The position numbers were made by a program, and so were the translations under genes. A model generated the notes under the pieces. It was given only the letters and a program-made list of their open reading frames with translations, was not told where the DNA came from and did not search any database. Shown piece after piece: positions 53,926-61,500 of a stretch of DNA of 64,000 bases; the stretch's first letter is position 1, and every line of letters starts with the position of its first letter. The stretch comes from Rebecca billardiae RCC1528. Its lineage: Eukaryota > Protista > Haptophyta. Location: contig OZ251234.1 of assembly GCA_965240325.2 (NCBI GenBank), forward strand, positions 620,001-684,000. The letters run 5' to 3'.

Positions 53926-55530
53926 ATGACGGAGTGGGGAGACCCTGTCTGCCCACCCTTTCTCCTCCCCGAGCCGCTCGCTCAACCAGCCGCGCTCGCC
54001 ACTGCGCAGAGCACATCGACAATGCGCACGCGGCCGACGCGTTTCGACGACCTTGACTTTGACAAGACCCCACGGCTCGCAGACGGCACGAGGCAGGGCC
54101 GGCAGCGCCGTGGAGTACAGTCTGGCCCTCGACATGCTCCTTCCAGCGCGCAGCCGTGCCCCAACGCGCAGGCGGCGCCCGTGCTGGCGAGACGGCAGCC
54201 CTCGGCCAGGCCCACGAACGTGCTCGACGAGTCCATCCAGTCCATGGGTTGCAGGCTCAGCCAGCTGAGCCTGCGTAATGCCCACCCAGCCGCCCGAAAG
54301 GGCCCCATGCCGGCCTACACTGGCCTTAAACGTGTAGCCCTCACCGGCTTAAAAGGTGTACCGCCCGACTCTCCAGCCCCTGTGCGGCACCATGGGCATG
54401 GCACCGCTGGCAGGGACGACTGCTCTGCGCTGCCCATGCGCGCGCCTACACATCAGCTGCACTGGGTGCGCAGTGGCAGCGTTGTAGGTGCTAGTCCGGG
54501 GCAGACAACAGGGAGGCAGGTGGCCTGTGATGCAGGTGGGCCCGGGGCTGGCCCGAGGGCCCGCGAGCGCCCGACCGCTACCCTCGACGCCGGCGTCCCT
54601 GCCCGCGCTACTAGTCTCCGGCGCTCGGGCTGCAGCGGTAGTGCAAGCTGGCTAGACGAAGATGCGGGTAAGAATGGTAACGGTTGGGTGCGGGTGGGCG
54701 CCCGGAATTCGTCCCGAGTGCACCGCCGAAGTGCTGGATTACAGGTGAGGTCTCCTCCAGGTGCGGTCAAGGTGAACAGTGAGCCTGATGCACGCACTAC
54801 AAAATGGGGGAGATACTATTGTCTCGCGACTGAAGCGTTTGCGGATGGTGGTGACACCGGTTCGTCTGCCTACGGTTCCTATCGGTTGGGCAAGTTTTGC
54901 GGCGAGGCTTGCCGTCCCGCAGGCTTGTCAGAGCAGGACGGCGGCTGCTCCAGCGCGGCCCACCGTGACACGCTGCTGCGACGGCAGATGGAGACTCGGC
55001 GGCCGCGCGACGTCGATGGCGTGGGCGCGGATGCCAACATGAGTGACGCTGAGGAGAACGACCCGCCACATACTCCGTTGGGTAAACGGCGCCGCGGGGC
55101 GCGCGCGCAGCGGGCCGGTGCTGGTGCTTGGGCCAAGACGCCTGACGCGGGGGCGCAGGCATCGGCCGAGCCGGGATTGCTGAGCGCGCACGTGCGCTGC
55201 GCCAAAGGCAACGCCGTCATTACTCTCCCAGATGACAGGATGCGAAGGGCGGCAGAGGCGATGGCCGAGGAAACGGGCCGCATGCGGCCGCATGACATGG
55301 CCTCCACTGCCGCCGTGCTCGCTGGCGACCAGGCGGCGGAGAAGGTAAATGCCGAGGTGGGCACTTCGTCTCGCCTCATCGCTTTCGACCACGCTGCCAG
55401 GATCGTATGGCTGGCCCACGCTGTGGTGGCAGCACTGCTGGTGTTGATGCAGATCACACGGATGCCGGCTGCTGGCTGCTTGGCAACTGGGCTGGGCCTG
55501 GCCTCCCTGCCCCCCCCCCAGTGTGGCTGA
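53926..55530 (+). CDS. Retrotransposon ORF1 or N-terminal part of the polyprotein; disordered region, then hydrophobic helices
   Basis: 534-aa ORF that ends just after a C10 run (55510-55519); no RRM or CCHC recognised. Confidence 0.55.
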   Translation: MTEWGDPVCPPFLLPEPLAQPAALATAQSTSTMRTRPTRFDDLDFDKTPRLADGTRQGRQRRGVQSGPRHAPSSAQPCPNAQAAPVLARRQPSARPTNVLDESIQSMGCRLSQLSLRNAHPAARKGPMPAYTGLKRVALTGLKGVPPDSPAPVRHHGHGTAGRDDCSALPMRAPTHQLHWVRSGSVVGASPGQTTGRQVACDAGGPGAGPRARERPTATLDAGVPARATSLRRSGCSGSASWLDEDAGKNGNGWVRVGARNSSRVHRRSAGLQVRSPPGAVKVNSEPDARTTKWGRYYCLATEAFADGGDTGSSAYGSYRLGKFCGEACRPAGLSEQDGGCSSAAHRDTLLRRQMETRRPRDVDGVGADANMSDAEENDPPHTPLGKRRRGARAQRAGAGAWAKTPDAGAQASAEPGLLSAHVRCAKGNAVITLPDDRMRRAAEAMAEETGRMRPHDMASTAAVLAGDQAAEKVNAEVGTSSRLIAFDHAARIVWLAHAVVAALLVLMQITRMPAAGCLATGLGLASLPPPQCG

Positions 55531-55580
55531 CGTTCACCGTCGTCGTGCGACCACGGCCAGCACTGGCAGCAGCAGGAGTA

Positions 55581-58500
55581 ATGGCTGAGGTGCTTGTCTG
55601 GCTACTGCTGTTGGCACTGCGCAGTCGCCCCGCTTTGCCCCCCGCCACAGCAGTGGTCGTCTGTGATGATGATTGCTGTGACGTGAAGCTGTCTGCCACG
55701 CAGCGCTGCACTGGCACTGCGCGCGGTCGAGAGGAGGCAGCGGCGGTGCCAGCCCGCCGCAACTACTGGTCAGAGGTGGCCCGGCTTGCACTGGGTGAGT
55801 CTCCCTGCCCAGGCTGGCGACAGGCACGCAGGGCCCACCCGCGTGAGCTGATGCTGGTGCATAGCACAACATGGGTCGGACTGCCCAGGAGCAGAGCATG
55901 TAAGCAAACTCGCAGGCGCAGGTGCTTGGCCCTGCCCCAGTCCCAGTGGCAGTGGGGCAGGGCGCCCCAGCGGCACCACTGCCGCCACCAGGGGCAGTGC
56001 AATGGCAGGACAGTTGCCGGGCGGAGTGCCTGCAGAGGTGCTGCCTCGGCCAGACGCAGGCGTCAGCAAGCGCCACATAAGCAGGCGGTCTTGTTTCTGA
56101 TTACCATGCTCATGCATGTCCCCCCCGAGCACAAGTGGCACCTGCGTGTGAAGCACGACTATGATGCAGCCGGGCATAGCGGGGCAGCAGGCAGGGCAGG
56201 GCATCAGTGCTGTGAACCCACCCGAGCAGAGGACGCCACTTCCAACCAGCGTGTCGGCGACCCAGACAATGGCCAGCGCCAAGGCGAAGCCAAGAACCCA
56301 GGCCCTGGTGGCTGCAGGCAGCGCCTCTCCATTGCGTCAGTCAACGTGGGGGGCATAGCCAAGCTCTCCAGGAGGGCCATGCTCCAGACCCTGCTGGATG
56401 ACCACCAATGGGACATAGTACTGCTCCAGGAGACAAACCTGCGGTCAGCCCTGGCCACACCAGACATCCTACAGGGGTACACCACATACCACGACCCCCT
56501 CCCAGCGCACCATAAGAGCTCAGGCAAAGGGGTAGCGATTGCTGTCCGCCGGGACCCTGCGCGGCCCATGGCTGCGCTGGACATCCAAGTGCAGGGGGGC
56601 ACCATGCACAAGTCAGTGGCAGGCCACCTCCTGATGGGCACCCTGATATTCGCCACAGCAGCAGGAGATGTCTACCACATCCAACTCACGTGCTTCTATA
56701 TCCCATGCAACCCAGCCATGCGCAGCGCGGTGCTCCCTGCCCTGCACCACACTCTGGAAATGCACTCGGACATGGTCACTGGGCGCACAGATGCCCTGCG
56801 GATGGCAGCAGGTGATGCAAACGCAGTCTGGGCGCAGGGGGAGGCTGTCGCCCTGGACCCTCGCCGGAGGCACCAGAACAAGTCCCCATGCACGTTCCGG
56901 AATATGATGGAGTCATTGACAGGCATGCACAACATGAAGCCGCCGGGCACGTTTGACCCCGCTACGGAGTACACCCACGTGTGTGGCAATACCGCCTCGC
57001 GCATTTCGTACATGCTCTCGAACAGAGCTGACCTGGCCTGCCACGTCAGGCACAGTGACCCTGCTGCAGCGCTCGGCATCCCGCTCCAGACCACCGGCGA
57101 GGGTCGGAGCACCCACTTCTTCATGATCGCAGACATACCTGTCGACAAGCTAGGCCACATACGACGGCCAAAAGTGCATGTGCGATGGCAGCCCCACCGG
57201 TTTTATTTCAGCGCCTCTGACCCACAGCATCGGGCCAAGGTGGTACAGGCCCTCCGCGGCCCAGCAGCTCAAACCCTGGCCAGAATAGCTGACGACAGTG
57301 GCACCATGCACCCGCTGTACAATGACAATAACCTCCTTGACTTCCACGAGCACATGGATGCAGCAGCACGCGCGGCGGCAGAGCAGGCCCTCCCGGACAC
57401 GTTGGCGGAGCTTACCAGCCTCGCTGTGGACGGAGTGGGGGCGGCTGACCCAGCACAGGCCCCCAAAGAGCCGCTGCGCCCAGTGGGCGGGCCCCAGAAC
57501 AGGGCAGTGGACCCCCGGGCACAGTCCCACCTGACCATGCACAGAGTGTATAGGGGAATGGTGGCCACCGTCACTCGCATCCTGCAGCTGCGCAGGGCCC
57601 ACAGACACACCGAGTGCCTTGAAGGCCTCACCACTGCAGCACAGCGGGGGAAGATGATCCGCTCGCTGGCCATGCCTAACAGCAGGAGGGCAGTCCGCGC
57701 TCATGAGCACATATGGGGGGAGCGCGCCGCTCAACCCATGGCACAGCGAAACATGGGGGTGCCCCTGCCGGGTGGGGCCACCGCCCCGCCAGGTCAGGCG
57801 GGTAACCTGTACGCGCTGTGGCAGCTGAGCCAGCGCGAGATCGCCTTGTGGCTGGCCGACCTTAAACAGATATGCACAACTTGCCTCATGGCCTTCGAGC
57901 GTGTCCAGCACAGATTTGAGACCGCTCGAATCAAGGAGCGCTATGCCAAGCTCACCCGTGAGATGCACCGGAAAGGTACTCACCACTTGCGGAAGGAGCT
58001 CCTGCCCAGGGATAGGCCATCTGGCTTCGAGCTCACCCTCCTCCGCACCACCGACCCCGCCACTGGCAGAGCAGTTGTCACAGACGACCCTGCACGGATA
58101 AAGGAGCTAGCTGCAGCCTACACTGCCTCGAACATCGGTCAGCCGGCAGAACGCACCCCAGGGCCCCACCCGTATGAGGACGACGCCATATGGAGGCCGA
58201 TCAGGGACAGGTGGACCCCAGAGCTAGTGAGGGCTGTCACTGCACCCATGCGCGCCGAGGACCTCAAGCGTATCCTGGGCAGGGCCAAGTCCAACGGGGC
58301 CCCCGGGCTGGATAAGGTGCAAATCTGCAGCCTCAAACTGATACTAGAGGCACAGCCCGCGCTGAGGACAGTGTTGGTCAACTGCATCAACACTATCCTG
58401 CACTCCGCCTCTCCCCTCCCTGCACACATCACCCAGTCAGAGATTGTGTACTTCTACAAGAAGGGCGATGCCCTCGCCCTCAGCAACTATCGGGGGATCG

Positions 58501-61500
58501 CGCTGCAGAGCGTGATATACAAGATTGCTGCGGCCCACCGGGCCAACCAGATACAGCACGTCTGCGACAGGCTGGGGCTGCTCCGGCCCGAGCAGGCCGC
58601 GTCGCGCGCTGGCGGGCAAGGTGACCTGCACGTGGCCGCGCTCACTGCAGCCATCGCACATGCCAAACGGCACAACCGCGAGCTGCACATCACAGCGTGC
58701 GACATTGCCAAGGCATACGACAGCGTGCCCATCTCGTCCCTCAGGCAGGCCCTGGCCCTTCACGGGTTCCCGCCGCAGCTCATCGCCAGCCTCGATCGGC
58801 TGGACGAAGGGTCCACAGCCGTCACTAGAACCCCACATGGCCTTACACACCCGGTGCCCATCCGGAGGGGATGCAAGCAAGGCTGCCCGCTGAGCCCCAT
58901 CAAGTTCTGCCTGTTCATGAACATGTTCATCCAGTGGTTCACAGCCACGTCCGCCACCGGATACACGTTCCAGCTAGATGCCACTGCCCGCCTCCCGCAG
59001 AGAGCCCCCCCGACAGCCTGCATCCAAGTGCAAGGGTATATGGATGACTTGGCCCTGGTGGCCGCCACTGCGGCGGAGAACACTGCCCAGCTCGAGGCCC
59101 TCCATAAGTTCCTCGCTGCGCATGGCATGGTTCTCAATCACGCCAAGTGTGTGCACGCGTACAGGCCGGCGCGCGCCCCGCGCGACGGGCGCGCGCGCCA
59201 GCCGGCTGGCCCAGCAGCCCCTCTGTTCCCCCGGGCCGGCCAGGCGGTGGCCACCGTCCCCACCCTGGACCCGGCGCACCGTGAGTCGTTCGCGTACCTC
59301 GGATACCACCTCAACATGGAGCTGGCCTGGGGCGCGCACTCTCGGAGAGTGGCTGAGCGCCTCCAGAAAGCTGCGTGGCGCGTGGGGGTGGCGGCCATGG
59401 ACCCCTGTTGCCACACAGTGATGACAGGGACCCTCCTCCAGCACGATGTGGTGTCCACACTGGACTACAAGCTCAGTGCCAGCAAGCTCACCAAAGACGA
59501 GCTGCGCAGCATGCGCACCACGATCCTGCGCCCTGTGTGGCAGCGTGTTGGGCTGCCGCACGCGTCTGCACGCATCGCCGCGTGTGGCCCCGCCAAGACG
59601 TGGGGCATTGGCCCCGAGGATCCCCAGGCCCGAGATGCTGGGCAGAAGGTGACCACTCTGCTGAAGGCTGCGAACTCGCTGGCGGCGGATGGCCACCTGG
59701 CCCGGAGCGCCCTCGGCGAGTGGCACGCCGGCCTGCACTCGCCTGGGTTTGCCCCTGCAGCGTACCCCCCGTTCGTCGAGGGTGGGCTGCGCGCGCTGAA
59801 CGCTTGCCCAGACGGTGCTGCGCGGTGGGCGCCAGCCACCTACCGTGAACTCGCGCTCCTCACTCTCAGGGAGGCGTGCGGCTCGCGTGTCGAGCACATC
59901 ATGGATACGTACGCCAGTAGGCTGTCTTGGCGGAAGCGCAGCAGCCGGACTGCCAGGCTCAACGCCATCCTCGACATGACTGTGGGTGCCACGATCGAGA
60001 TGGCTGTGCCCAGGGCTGGCCCCAACCTGCCCGGCCATGCCCACACGAGCATGCTGGAGGAGAACATCCTGCACGACGGTGGGACCTCCGCCGCGCAGAT
60101 GATACGCGCCACAAATGGGGGAGCAGCCGCAGCTGTCCTCTCCCTCTTCACAGCAGACGGCAGGAGGGCCCTCCATGCATACGACCCCGCACAGGAGTGG
60201 ATGTGCGGTCGCCTGGCCCATGCCTTGCTGGATGGGCTAGTTGACAACTGGCTCACCGCCCCGGAAAATTTTCTGCTCACCGGGCACCTGGGCCCTGCGG
60301 ACCGGGCTGCAGCCCACGAACGGGAAATCCCTACGGATGGCAGGCTGCCAGTGCGCGGCCTGCAGGCCGACACAGACAGGCTGATGGCCGGAGTGGATGG
60401 CTCCTACGTCCCAGGCAGGGGCCAGGGGGCAGCTGCTGTGGCATATGCGATACCCCTCACACCGGGCGGCGAGCGCCATGCCATCACCATCTTCACTGCC
60501 ACGTACCCCGGCGAGCAGTCGGCCCAGAACTCTGAGATTGCAGCTGCCACCCTGGGAGTGAAGGTGCTCTCTACTATTGGAGCACGGCACGCCCACATAG
60601 GGTGGGACTGCGATACTGCCCTGCACCACGCCCTCCGCGCCCGACCGGACTTGGTAGCCCCGGGAGAGTCTGTTCCCCGCCAGGGCACTGGCGCCGCAGC
60701 CAAGCTCCTCTCTGGCAGCCCCCACATGGTGCGCCTCCTCCGGCTCCTGGACATCTGCGTCCCGCAGGCGTCGGGTCACCAGTGGGCGTTTCGCCACCAA
60801 CAGGCAGGTCATGCGGAACTAGACCGCCGGGTTGGCAACACCCTGGCCCCATGGTGGTCGGCCCGCGACAATGCCTTCTGCGTGAGCTCTGCCCAATGCG
60901 AAGCGCTGCTGCGCATAGTGCTCGGACATGCCCCTGGCACCCCTCACGAAGCTGCGCTCCGTACGGTCTGCAACCTGTGTGCGGATTGGGCCAGCAAGCA
61001 GGTCGCCAGGGGTGACCAGCAGGCATCGTTCGCGCTGGGGCCGATGGTCTGGCTGCCGTACAGAGTGTCACTGATGGAGCACGGCTCTGCCACGTTGCTA
61101 CCATCCTGCCCAAACCAGGTCCGCACCCGCGTCATGGACAGGGCGCGCAGGGCTGCGCTGGAGGCACATGCTGCCACGCCTGCTGCAGCAGCGAAGTACA
61201 GGCTCAAACTGGCTGGACCCGACAGTGACCAGGAACCCGACCACCAGGGCGATACCCCGCTCCCATGCGATGTCCACGAGTCCACACACTCGCTTCAGAA
61301 CCAGTGGTGCCGCGAGCGCATCAGTAAGTTTGTGCTGCGCTGCGCGGTCGGTGCACTGGTTTACAATGCGGATGCTGTGGCAGCCACACCGGCCCTGGCT
61401 GGTGTCCGGCGACGGTGCACCAGCTCGCGGGCGACCTATGCCCTGGGCACAGAGTGCCTGTTCTGCCTGAAGGCGGGGGACCCGAACCCAGGGCCGGATA

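Noticed and set aside
61476-61500. Second NPGP (GDPNPGP) in the retroelement
   Set aside because: It lies inside the zinc-knuckle loop and lacks the upstream Glu; probably coincidental.
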